Positions 1-9,230 of a stretch of 64,000 nt of DNA are shown piece by piece. The notes beneath the pieces were generated by a model. It ran no database searches, was not told the origin of the DNA, and saw only the letters and a list, made by a program, of their open reading frames with translations. Both the position numbers and the translations under genes were made by a program. The stretch comes from Trypanosoma brucei (taxonomy: Eukaryota), in NCBI GenBank assembly GCA_000002445.1, contig CM000207.1, positions 1,632,001 to 1,696,000 of the forward strand. Reading direction: 5' to 3'. Within the stretch, counting starts at the first letter, position 1, and each line of letters starts with the position of its first letter.

Positions 1-32
1 ATTATACACCTGACGTCAAGTGAAAAAAACTC

Positions 33-117
33 GGCGCGTCAGAAACAATATTAGCGTCACGGGTTCTGTTCAGATGTTGCTGTTAATTTGTTATATTAGG
101 TATTCATCACACGCACC
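33..117 (-). ncRNA. Box C/D snoRNA candidate (85 nt)
   Basis: Minus-strand RNA reads 5'-GGUGCGU-GUGAUGA-...AACAGCAACAU-CUGA-...GCUAAUAUUGUUU-CUGA-CGCGCC-3'. It has a canonical C box (GUGAUGA), an internal D' (CUGA), a 3' D box (CUGA) and a 6-bp terminal stem (GGUGCG/CGCGCC). It lies in the same orientation as the transcription unit. Confidence 0.6.
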
Positions 118-135
118 TACTCGCCGAACTGCTAA

Positions 136-241
136 CCCCACACGTCAGCTCGGAGCGAAAGATAGAGTTCACAGTTGCATCGACATAGTGTGTTTCCGTT
201 CCGCCTACGCGGTATCGGAAGCTCTTTCATCAGTGGCGGGG
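136..241 (-). ncRNA. Box C/D snoRNA candidate (~105 nt)
   Basis: Minus-strand RNA reads 5'-CCCCGCCA-CUGAUGA-...-CUGA-CGUGUGGGG-3'. It has a C-like box (CUGAUGA, non-canonical first base), a D box CUGA about 85 nt downstream and a terminal stem (CCCCGC/GUGGGG). Confidence 0.45.
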
Positions 242-710
242 AACGACGGATGGGGGATAAACACTTAACAGAGGGGAAAATGTGCATGGAATAGGTAATA
301 CAATAAGAGAAGGGGGAAGTAAACAGGGAATCACGGAAGTAAGGTTCAGTGCAGGTCTGTGTTATGGTGTCCTCACAGGTTCTCGGTGCAATTTGAACAT
401 ATTGTACATCGTCACCCACTACATTCCCTCTCGACTACCCCGCCACTCACAACATTATACTGCCGCCCACATTAGCCATTCCAAACTCACTGCGGTAATG
501 TATCCTCGTGTGTGCTTGCGTGTATATGTGTATATATGTGTATGTGTATGGAGTCGCGCCCAAGTGCCCGAGGTTGAGTACCTGAAGGACACGATAGCCA
601 TCAGACCCGAAAGGTGATTTGTGTTGTATAGATCCCTCATGAATATGACGTCGGAACATGTTTGGACGCTCAACTAGTTTCCATCATCGGCCACACACAT
701 ACACAAACAT

Positions 711-760
711 ACAAGCACACACACATACACACACTCACATATATATATATATATATACAT
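711..760. repeat. Compound (CA)n(TA)n microsatellite inside repeat unit (also 2449..2500)
   Basis: Contains acacacacatacacacactcac followed by (at)n. Copy B has one extra CA and a T-to-C change, so copy number is unstable. Confidence 0.8.
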
Positions 761-1770
761 ACACGACAAACCTCCGCACACCCAAACACTTACTCAGAAG
801 TCAAACAGACAAAATTAACTGATGTCAGCATCAAATAAATTCAGCTGAAACACGGATTTGACAGACTCATCATTGACACAAAACAAGGTAAGAGCAACAC
901 CACCAAACAGTTCAGAGCAGGAATAAGAAGGAGGGCGGCATGTACATATGTGTGTGGGGTAATGTTGGTGTAATGGGGAAAAGGTGAGAAAGTTACCGTA
1001 CGCCTCGGACGCAGGACGCACGCGGCTGGAATGTTGTGCGGCGCCCCAGAAACTATCGTAACACTCGTGCTCAATCCATGTTCGGGTGTGTGTCATAAGA
1101 CCGTCGTAAGTGGTTTATCGTCATGGGCAAAGTACAAGGTGTATCCGCAGTGACCAAAGAGACAATGCAGAATCTGGCAAAGAGAAAGGGCGAAAGCCAA
1201 GCAATAAGGGTGGTTTCAAATGTAAAACAAGGAAAAAGGGAGGGGAGGGGGGTGACAGTAACCACACACATGGTATGATAACGTGCCACGACGAAACCAA
1301 ACACCATCAGCCGGGGAAAGAAGAATATTCTTTAAATGGGTTATTGTCATTCAAATACACTCAGAGACTCCAGTCCATTGATGTCATCAAGTAGCGCGTT
1401 TACGACAGGTTAGGTGTACCGCAAAGCAACTCTCGGAGCGCACCAAGATGGCCTACGGCATGCAATCACAAAACGGCCGCTCCATGGCTAAAGCCCCTTT
1501 TTCATTTTTGTTGTCCATAAAAACACTGAAGGGAGAAAACAGAGGAAGGAGAAGGTAACAATATCAAACAAGAGAAGAGTGTGCACTAACCAATAACCTC
1601 CGTTATAATTCTCGGACCACGTGAGTGTGCAAACAAGGACACAGAAATGTTAGCCCAAGACACAACTCCAATGTGGGCCTTCCCCTACGGTTACTGCCCC
1701 AACACATAATTGTAATTATAATAATAACCATAATCATAATTATACACCTGACGTCAAGTGAAAAAAACTC

Positions 1771-1855
1771 GGCGCGTCAGAAACAATATTAGCGTCACGG
1801 GTTCTGTTCAGATGTTGCTGTTAATTTGTTATATTAGGTATTCATCACACGCACC
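1771..1855 (-). ncRNA. Box C/D snoRNA candidate (copy in repeat unit B)
   Basis: Identical to 33..117 at an offset of +1738. Confidence 0.6.
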
Positions 1856-1873
1856 TACTCGCCGAACTGCTAA

Positions 1874-1979
1874 CCCCACACGTCAGCTCGGAGCGAAAGA
1901 TAGAGTTCACAGTTGCATCGACATAGTGTGTTTCCGTTCCGCCTACGCGGTATCGGAAGCTCTTTCATCAGTGGCGGGG
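1874..1979 (-). ncRNA. Box C/D snoRNA candidate (copy in repeat unit B)
   Basis: Identical to 136..241 at an offset of +1738. Confidence 0.45.
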
Positions 1980-3985
1980 AACGACGGATGGGGGATAAAC
2001 ACTTAACAGAGGGGAAAATGTGCATGAAATAGGTAATACAATAAGAGAAGGGGGAAGTAAACAGGGAATCACGGAAGTAAGGTTCAGTGCAGGTCTGTGT
2101 TATGGTGTCCTCACAGGTTCTCGGTGCAATTTGAACATATTGTACATCGTCACCCACTACATTCCCTCTCGACTACCCCGCCACTCACAACATTATACTG
2201 CCGCCCACATTAGCCATTCCAAACTCACTGCGGTAATGTATCCTCGTGTGTGCTTGCGTGTATATGTGTATATATGTGTATGTGTATGGAGTCGCGCCCA
2301 AGTGCCCGAGGTTGAGTACCTGAAGGACACGATAGCCATCAGACCCGAAAGGTGATTTGTGTTGTATAGATCCCTCATGAATATGACGTCGGAACATGTT
2401 TGGACGCTCAACTAGTTTCCATCATCGGCCACACACATACACAAACATACAAGCACACACACACACACACACACTCACATATATATATATATATATACAT
2501 ACACGACAAACCTCCGCACACCCAAACACTTACTCAGAAGTCAAACAGACAAAATTAACTGATGTCAGCATCAAATAAATTCAGCTGAAACACGGATTTG
2601 ACAGACTCATCATTGACACAAAACAAGGTAAGAGCAACACCACCAAACAGTTCAGAGCAGGAATAAGAAGGAGGGCGGCATGTACATATGTGTGTGGGGT
2701 AATGTTGGTGTAATGGGGAAAAGGTGAGAAAGTTACCGTACGCCTCGGACGCAGGACGCACGCGGCTGGAATGTTGTGCGGCGCCCCAGAAACTATCGTA
2801 ACACTCGTGCTCAATCCATGTTCGGGTGTGTGTCATAAGACCGTCGTAAGTGGTTTATCGTCATGGGCAAAGTACAAGGTGTATCCGCAGTGACCAAAGA
2901 GACAATGCAGAATCTGGCAAAGAGAAAGGGCGAAAGCCAAGCAATAAGGGTGGTTTCAAATGTAAAACAAGGAAAAAGGGAGGGGGGGTGACAGCAACCA
3001 CACACATGGTATGATAACGTGCCACGACGAAACCAAACACCATCAGCCGGGGAAAGAAGAATATTCTTTAAATGGGTTATTGTCATTCAAATACACTCAG
3101 AGACTCCAGTCCATTGATGTCATCAAGTAGCGCGTTTACGACAGGTTAGGTGTACCGCAAAGCAACTCTCGGAGCGCACCAAGATGGCCTACGGCATGCA
3201 ATCACAAAACGGCCGCTCCATGGCTAAAGCCCCTTTTTCATTTTTGTTGTCCATAAAAACACTGAAGGGAGAAAACAGAGGAAGGAGAAGGTAACAATAT
3301 CAAACAAGAGAAGAGTGTGCACTAACCAATAACCTCCGTTATAATTCTCGGACCACGTGAGTGTGCAAACAAGGACACAGAAATGTTAGCCCAAGACACA
3401 ACTCCAATGTGTCGCATTTTTTTTCGTAATATAGTTTTTGAAAGTTTATTCAAATTTTTTGGAAGAAGGCTGAGTTGTTGCAGGTTCTTTACCTATGATA
3501 GGTCATATTGCTGATTATATTTTTTGTTCAATTGTTTTTTGTGTATAGAATGATTTCTCCTTTTTTATTTTTTTTCACCAAGTGGCTTGATAATTTTGGT
3601 GGAACCAACTGTTTTTTTTTTTTTCGCATGATATATTGTTAATAAGTTGAAACTCAAAAGTAAATGAGTAGGGTAACCATTATTTTGTGATAACTGCACG
3701 TAGCTTCGCTATAGTTGAAGCATCGATGTGCCCTTTTTCATTACTTTTTTTTTTACGTTTCTTGCATTGTTTAGCAATTGAGTATCGATTTTGTGTCCGC
3801 TTCCGATATTACTTTGGCAGGGTCAGTGATGTGGTTTAACAAAAAGGAAAAAATCAGCTGAATGGTGTTGTTTACTTGTTTGATGCCATTACCACTTGTT
3901 TTTTATTTTCGCTGTTGCATCATATCGCAGCTGTTCTCGCTGCCGTTTGATTATCACTCTCTTGATGTAGTTGGTAGTAACGTTT

Positions 3986-4381
3986 TCACATCCTGTAATC
4001 TCTTCTGTTTTCGTTTGATGCGTTGTTGTTTGTGTCGTAACTGTTTGAATAGTATGCGTCTGTCCCATATTCCCTGTTTTGGTTGCTGGAAAAGTCATAA
4101 GTTGGGTATTGCGATGTTTGCTGATTGTTTGATGGGTTATTATTTGCCGCTTCCTCCTTTTTGTGTTCGTTGGACGTGTTTCCATTGTCATTAGATTCTG
4201 TTCTGCCTTTAGCGCTTTGGGCCACCCCCGCAGCTTGCCGACGGGCGACAGACCTCTTATGAATCAAACAACCGACTATCCACAGAGCGGTCAGACCGAT
4301 ATAAACGGCGATTGTGATGAGGTATTTATACCACTCCCCCCCTTCCTTCTTCTCCTCTGGTTGTTGTTGTTGTTGTTCCAT
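3986..4381 (-). CDS. Hypothetical small membrane protein (131 aa): acidic/Q-rich N-terminus, one TM helix, N/S/Q/Y-rich tail
   Basis: ATG at 4379-4381 (minus). One clear hydrophobic helix (YLITIAVYIGLTALWIVGCLI) followed by basic residues HKRSVARRQ. Same orientation as the unit, but low-complexity composition makes coding uncertain. Confidence 0.3.
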   Translation of the reverse strand: MEQQQQQPEEKKEGGEWYKYLITIAVYIGLTALWIVGCLIHKRSVARRQAAGVAQSAKGRTESNDNGNTSNEHKKEEAANNNPSNNQQTSQYPTYDFSSNQNREYGTDAYYSNSYDTNNNASNENRRDYRM

Positions 4382-4710
4382 GGCAACGCTAAGTCACTAG
4401 TGGGTTTTTTTTTGAAAAAGATTTCTATCGTTGGTCCTCGATAGGTTCGCCCTCCCCCCTACGTATTTCTCAACACTATTGTTGTTGTTGTTGTTACCTA
4501 CACTCTAAACACCTGCCAAATAAATGAACACGAGTAACCTCAGATTCAATGTGGTTTATCCTTCGCTTACGATAAAAAAAAATTGATGGAAACACTATGT
4601 AAAAGACACGGTTGAGAGCAAGTGAGAAGTACAGCGGAATCGGGTGGAAAATGATGCAACAACAACAGCAGCTTTACTTACGCGCCAAAACTCTGGTCCA
4701 AAAATAGACA

Positions 4711-4734
4711 ATATATATATATATATATATATAT
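4711..4734. repeat. (AT)n microsatellite
   Basis: atatatatatatatatatatatat. Confidence 0.85.
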
Positions 4735-5041
4735 GACTGAGTGACACTGTCTAACCTCCAATGAAGAGAAAAAGAGGGCACAAACCCAACAGCGGCGAGC
4801 ACGCGCAATGGAGCAAATGCAGCATAACTGCGCTCAGACACGAGAACAACCAAACACGGTATCGCACGTGGAGAAAATTCAGATGCCTAAACGAGCGAAT
4901 TGTTACCGAAGGCGATAAAAAAGCGAGGAGGAGGAGAGAAAAAAAAAACGGGAGAAGGCACAAAAACACGAGACATTGATCGTGCAATGAGAATCAACAC
5001 TCCGCACCTTCCTCCAATAAAAGTCTTTTGCCGCGTCGCAA

Positions 5042-5569
5042 TCAGTCCTGCTTCTTGTCGGGATTAATAGCTTCGGCTTCACTAGCAAGAGGCGCTTCCC
5101 TTAAAGAGTAAACAACGTATACCGTCATTATCACTATAGTAGAAAATACCGCCATCAAACCGCCGCAGGTTCCCGGATCAACATCCGCAAAGGGAGCAAC
5201 AATATGCATGCCGATGAGGAGGATTAAAATAGGAACAGTTAGCATGAGCACCGAAAACAAGAGAAAGACAGACGCAACCCGTTGGTTATGCGGCATTCTC
5301 ATATTTTGTGCAAATAGACGGAAACCCGCTGCCTTATCCTTCAATGGACGAAATGCAGCCCTATTAAGTTCCTCACGTGCCTCCTTGGACATGCGCAGAG
5401 TCTCCTTTGTTGACGGCTCATCGCCACTTTCGGCGTTATCACCGTTTAATAGAGAACTGTAGAGCTCTTTTCTAATATACTCACGTTCCCGATGCTCCTC
5501 TTCCTGAAGAGTCCGTAACGTGTCAGCACCTCCCTGAGGCTGCGGCCTCTCATCGTCAGCTCCGCTCAT
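5042..5569 (-). CDS. Hypothetical membrane protein (175 aa): soluble N-terminal region plus two C-terminal TM helices
   Basis: ATG confirmed at 5567-5569. A polypyrimidine tract (minus strand) lies directly upstream at 5570-5660. Two hydrophobic helices at the C-terminus. Confidence 0.6.
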   Translation of the reverse strand: MSGADDERPQPQGGADTLRTLQEEEHREREYIRKELYSSLLNGDNAESGDEPSTKETLRMSKEAREELNRAAFRPLKDKAAGFRLFAQNMRMPHNQRVASVFLLFSVLMLTVPILILLIGMHIVAPFADVDPGTCGGLMAVFSTIVIMTVYVVYSLREAPLASEAEAINPDKKQD

Positions 5570-5660
5570 TTCCCCTCTGACATTATTATTATTATTATTT
5601 CAAAATTTAGGAAAAAAATGTGACGGAAAAGAAGGAAAAAGTGGGGAGATGTAAATTGTA
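5570..5660 (-). promoter_or_regulatory. Polypyrimidine tract / putative trans-splice acceptor region for the 5042-5569 gene
   Basis: The plus strand is purine-rich here (ggaaaaaaatgtgacggaaaagaaggaaaaagtgggga), so the transcribed strand is pyrimidine-rich, immediately 5' of the ATG. Confidence 0.45.
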
Positions 5661-6059
5661 ACAGAAGCAGTGGTTGCTAATGATTAAAAAACTTGAGAAC
5701 TAGAGGGGAAGTTTGATACCACAATCTCATAATAACACAAAGAGGTGGGGGAAATAACAAAATAATAACGAAATTAATACTCTACATCCGCTCGAGCTAG
5801 AGCTCCATACCCTTTCTTTCCTTCCAGGGGCATGAAACAAAAATCACCACATGATTGGCTGACACGGTAAACGCAACAAGGATTTAGCAAGCAAGTGCGG
5901 AGAGGAGGATATGCACAATATGATAATAGTTTCAACCAACGGAATCACTTTCTTTTTTTTTTCCGAAGCAACAACACACTACCCCACGAAACGGCACTAC
6001 AAACTGCAGCTTTTCTTTTTCGTCGAGCAGGTGGTAAACGTTCGATCAGTTGTCCACCT

Positions 6060-7889
6060 CTATGAATTGTCTTCTATGAATCCAGCGTCAGGCAACCTCA
6101 CATCCACCGCTGCGAGCGTTGAGAGGCTGTGTGAAGAAGTGACAGAGAGGCAAATACCCTCGTCAATCGCGTTGTCATCAAGGCGTTCCACAAGCACCTC
6201 ACATGTTGAAACTGTGGATGGCAGAAGGAATGGCACACACAAAATTGAGTTTGATATTTTGTAAGTAGTACATGAACAACTTACTACAAGGGACAAGTCT
6301 CGTAATACCCCCTTGCTAATGTTTTGAATCTTTGCCCTAATCCTAAATACCGGGCCAAGGCCTTGAACGGATGTGATCATACGAACAGAATTGCCAAGCA
6401 TGGGTACTGCAGGGGCGGCAGTTTTCTTCGGTGATACCGCCGGTTTGTGAGTATCTGAAAGTAGAGAGAGATATGCCTTCGCTGTTGTTAGGCGTAACAT
6501 AGTTAAATCACGCTGGAACAAGCGGTGCATGTCAATGCTGTAGGCACGTTCCCTCTCTGCTTGTGCCACAAAAACATTTGTAAGGGGGGGGACAGGAATA
6601 GGAACGTCCTGTTCTCCCGGTGGTCCAGAATCCTGATTTCGCTTGCATTCGAAGGACGCGTTTCTATGTAACATCTCCACCACAAGGGTGCCGTTTTGCA
6701 TAACAAGTATAAGTGCGGCATCTTCGCGCCCGTATCGTCCAAACTTCATGGCTGTTACCCTTCCGTACACTTGAGCCTCATGCAACAACGTTTTACCCAC
6801 GTATACCCGAACCATACCACTCTTTAACGCCACAATGACCCCGCGAGCTTTGCCTGACGCAGAATCAAGTAGTGTAGCGATGCCTGTTATCGGAGAGGGA
6901 AGGAAGACACGCATCTCACACTTCCCCTTAAGTTTATAATACGAGAGCGTGTTTTGTGTTGTCGCAACTGCCACGAGATTTTCACAGAGTGCAATTTGCA
7001 CGATAGCACCATCAGAATGAATAGAATAATCCGCTAATTCACCATTTTTCACTGTGTACACACAACCATCGCGGCAGGCCACAACGATGCGGTAGTCAAC
7101 ACGAAACGAGCCAAGGGACACGATGCACGTTGGAACACCGGGTAGTCGCACCCGGTGATGAACTCCCGTAAACTTCTCGGCCAGTACATATATATGACGC
7201 GTTTCTGTACCAATAACAAGGCAGCTACGGCCACCATCCTCTACACGGTCTAACGAAAGGGAACTTATGCACGTCACTACATCCTGCTCACTAAGGGGCT
7301 TAGTCTTATGGTATTGCACAAAACGTTCCCGCTCCTCCGTCCCCTGCAGTGCTAAGAGATCCGCTGACCGTGTTGACAGCTTCACGCCCGCCATCCGCCG
7401 CTCCTTCAACCTCGTGCACGCTTCTGCTGCAGAAATATTACCATTGCGAAGTTGCTCCCACACGGAAACATCGACCTCATCCAGTTCTACACACGGTACG
7501 GTAAAGCGGTACAGCGGCTTCATCTTACGGTACATGAAAACGTCTGGTCCGCAGGAAACTGCAATGACAGGAAGGTGTTGATCATCACCAGCTTCAGCAA
7601 AAACCACAGTAATCGCAGAGGGAACCGCTGAGAGCCGAATCTCTTCCGAAAGAGATGTACCGTCATATATCTTCAAAGTTTTGGAGGCGTCCGCCACAAT
7701 CAGCTTATTGTCACCGTTACCATAGATGTCGGCAACCTCAACGCAATTTGAGAACGCCTGCAAACCTGCTAAACGGTCACGAAAGGCAAAGATCCAGAAC
7801 TCTTTCTGTTGATTCTTTTCGGCATGATTCCTACCTAACTGCTCCCGACGCATGACTATGAACAGTCTATCCAAGGAAAAGAAAGGCAT
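6060..7889 (-). CDS. BBS1: Bardet-Biedl syndrome protein 1 (BBSome subunit BBS1) homologue, 609 aa
   Basis: ATG at 7887-7889. Strong similarity to BBS1 over its length (CRDGCVYTVKNGE, KFGRYGREDAALILVMQNGTLVVEMLHRNASFE, VQGLGPVFRIRAKIQN match conserved BBS1 blocks). Size is similar to human BBS1 (~593 aa). Confidence 0.8.
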   Translation of the reverse strand: MPFFSLDRLFIVMRREQLGRNHAEKNQQKEFWIFAFRDRLAGLQAFSNCVEVADIYGNGDNKLIVADASKTLKIYDGTSLSEEIRLSAVPSAITVVFAEAGDDQHLPVIAVSCGPDVFMYRKMKPLYRFTVPCVELDEVDVSVWEQLRNGNISAAEACTRLKERRMAGVKLSTRSADLLALQGTEERERFVQYHKTKPLSEQDVVTCISSLSLDRVEDGGRSCLVIGTETRHIYVLAEKFTGVHHRVRLPGVPTCIVSLGSFRVDYRIVVACRDGCVYTVKNGELADYSIHSDGAIVQIALCENLVAVATTQNTLSYYKLKGKCEMRVFLPSPITGIATLLDSASGKARGVIVALKSGMVRVYVGKTLLHEAQVYGRVTAMKFGRYGREDAALILVMQNGTLVVEMLHRNASFECKRNQDSGPPGEQDVPIPVPPLTNVFVAQAERERAYSIDMHRLFQRDLTMLRLTTAKAYLSLLSDTHKPAVSPKKTAAPAVPMLGNSVRMITSVQGLGPVFRIRAKIQNISKGVLRDLSLVVSCSCTTYKISNSILCVPFLLPSTVSTCEVLVERLDDNAIDEGICLSVTSSHSLSTLAAVDVRLPDAGFIEDNS

Positions 7890-8249
7890 AAAACGCTAAT
7901 AATAACAATCATTATTATTATTATTATTATTGTTCATATTATTTCGTTTGGATGGAACGCACAGTCCTCAACTTGGGGAAAGCTACATAAAAACTGAACC
8001 GGAGAAATAACAGTGTGAACTTGGACAAACAGACAAGCGCAATACCAGTTTGGGAAACCCGCCGTGGGTAACTTTCCCTATTCCACGACCAAGCGTCACC
8101 AGCGCTCACGCACTGCTACGAAGTCTCACATCCCAACAGACGCCTACCGTCGTGTGACACACCACCCACCAGCAGCTGATGTTACATAACGGCAACCGTA
8201 CACCCACGCAACTGCCGGCACGCTTTCGTCCTGCACAAACCATGACCCT

Positions 8250-9230
8250 TCAGTGCGCGTCGACGTTGATGCTGGGAGTGCATACAAGCTTCTTTGAAAG
8301 TAGTCCCAGTTGGTAGCACCTCGCCATATCCGTAGGCTGTTGGGCTGGCGTAACGGCCGACACGACATTACACGCCTCGGTGCCTACGGCTGAGTAGCCC
8401 TCCACTGCTACATCGTAACAAACACCGCCAATCTCCATGATCATACGCCCGCTTTTATACACTTTAATTTCTCCCACCTTTCCAGGAGGAAGGTTAGAGA
8501 GCCGAAAGGGTGGGTCCGCCTGGAATCGGGGTAACTGAAACCACACAAGTTCACCCACATTGCGGCGCCCAACGTCCGCCTCAACGTCAAGAGCATTGGC
8601 AGAAGCATGAAGAACATCACGATCGAAGCGCAAGTTGTCCTGTCGGCTGCTCTTCAATTCCTTTTCATATCCTTTTAGGAAGGCAATGCCATCATTCCCC
8701 GTCTCCGCCACCGGCACCTTCACATCACCCTCGACAGAAAACTCCGCCTCATGCTTCGGCTCTGCAGAAACATTGCTGTCCAGTGGGGTTGGACGATAAA
8801 CGGTTGTTGCGGGGTTCTCCGACTCCATCTCAAGTACTGAAGACATGGTGTTCTCCGGAAGGTGCTCCGACGTGGGGGGCAAATTTGAGAAGTCACGCGT
8901 GAGTGCCCTGACGGCAGCTGCTGCAACGGCCACACGACCGAATCCTCGCAAACGCTCACTGCCACCGGGGGTTGCAGCACCTGCGTTGTGAAGTGCTCCT
9001 GAGGGTGCAGAGGACACACCGTTTGCGACATGTTGTTGTGCGGAATACAGTTGCTGTTCTCGTTCCTTCTGCTCCTGCTGAAGTGCAGCCTCCTGTTGAA
9101 GTCGCAAGCGCTCCAGCTGCACAAAACTCAGGTTGTCTAAAGCTGTGGGGGATTCCGATACGTCGGGTTCTTCCTTAGCTCGGACAATATGCCGTGGCTT
9201 AAACTTAAGGTTGGGGACCTTAGGTGGCAT
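8250..9230 (-). CDS. DNA-directed RNA polymerase III subunit RPC4-like protein (326 aa)
   Basis: The C-terminal block PPGKVGEIKVYKSGRMIMEIGGVCYDVAVEG resembles the RPC4 family signature. The track ORF starts at a GTG (9240-9242); the first ATG is at 9228-9230 (MPPKVPNLKF...). Confidence 0.5.
   Translation of the reverse strand: MPPKVPNLKFKPRHIVRAKEEPDVSESPTALDNLSFVQLERLRLQQEAALQQEQKEREQQLYSAQQHVANGVSSAPSGALHNAGAATPGGSERLRGFGRVAVAAAAVRALTRDFSNLPPTSEHLPENTMSSVLEMESENPATTVYRPTPLDSNVSAEPKHEAEFSVEGDVKVPVAETGNDGIAFLKGYEKELKSSRQDNLRFDRDVLHASANALDVEADVGRRNVGELVWFQLPRFQADPPFRLSNLPPGKVGEIKVYKSGRMIMEIGGVCYDVAVEGYSAVGTEACNVVSAVTPAQQPTDMARCYQLGLLSKKLVCTPSINVDAH

Larger units (their letters stand above)
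1..1738. repeat. Tandem repeat unit, copy A (~1738 bp); non-coding, contains snoRNA-like elements
   Basis: The sequence from 1 onward recurs at 1739 onward at over 99% identity (attatacacctgacgtcaagtg... at 1 and 1739). Only short low-complexity ORFs are present on either strand. Confidence 0.9.
1739..3411. repeat. Tandem repeat unit, copy B (truncated, ~96% of unit)
   Basis: Collinear with 1..1675. Differences from copy A are one G-to-A substitution (2027), one extra CA plus T-to-C in the (CA)n tract (~2459-2470), a 4-nt shorter G-run (~2985) and one T-to-C substitution (2998). Identity ends after ccaatgtg at 3411. Confidence 0.9.

Noticed and set aside
1242-1262. G-run gggaggggaggggggtg as a potential G-quadruplex or regulatory element
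   Set aside because: It is a single short G-tract cluster whose length differs between the two repeat copies. It is more simply a slippage-prone homopolymer than a conserved element.
1-3411. Repeat considered as a retroposon (ingi/RIME/SLACS-like) or other mobile element
   Set aside because: It has no reverse-transcriptase or endonuclease ORF, no terminal poly(A) or target-site duplication, and the copies abut head to tail with identical phase. The organisation fits a tandem gene array better than dispersed mobile copies. I cannot exclude an uncharacterised satellite without a database search.
3862-4194. 110-aa plus-strand ORF (Cys/Leu/Phe-rich)
   Set aside because: Low-complexity translation of T-rich DNA on the non-transcribed strand. 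It overlaps the more protein-like minus-strand ORF 3986..4381.
1-5000. Search for tRNA genes (T-loop GGTTCGAATCC-like boxes) or other pol III genes at the left end, as expected at some polycistron boundaries
   Set aside because: No convincing A/B box or cloverleaf-compatible segment was seen by eye. ggttcgcc at ~4445 lacks the rest of the T-arm. A proper tRNA scan would be needed to be sure.
8510-9124. Internal plus- and minus-strand ORFs (8510..8902 +, 8720..9124 -) inside the RPC4-like gene
   Set aside because: They are alternative frames of a GC-rich coding region. The minus-strand frame 8250..9230 carries the recognisable RPC4-like C-terminal motif.
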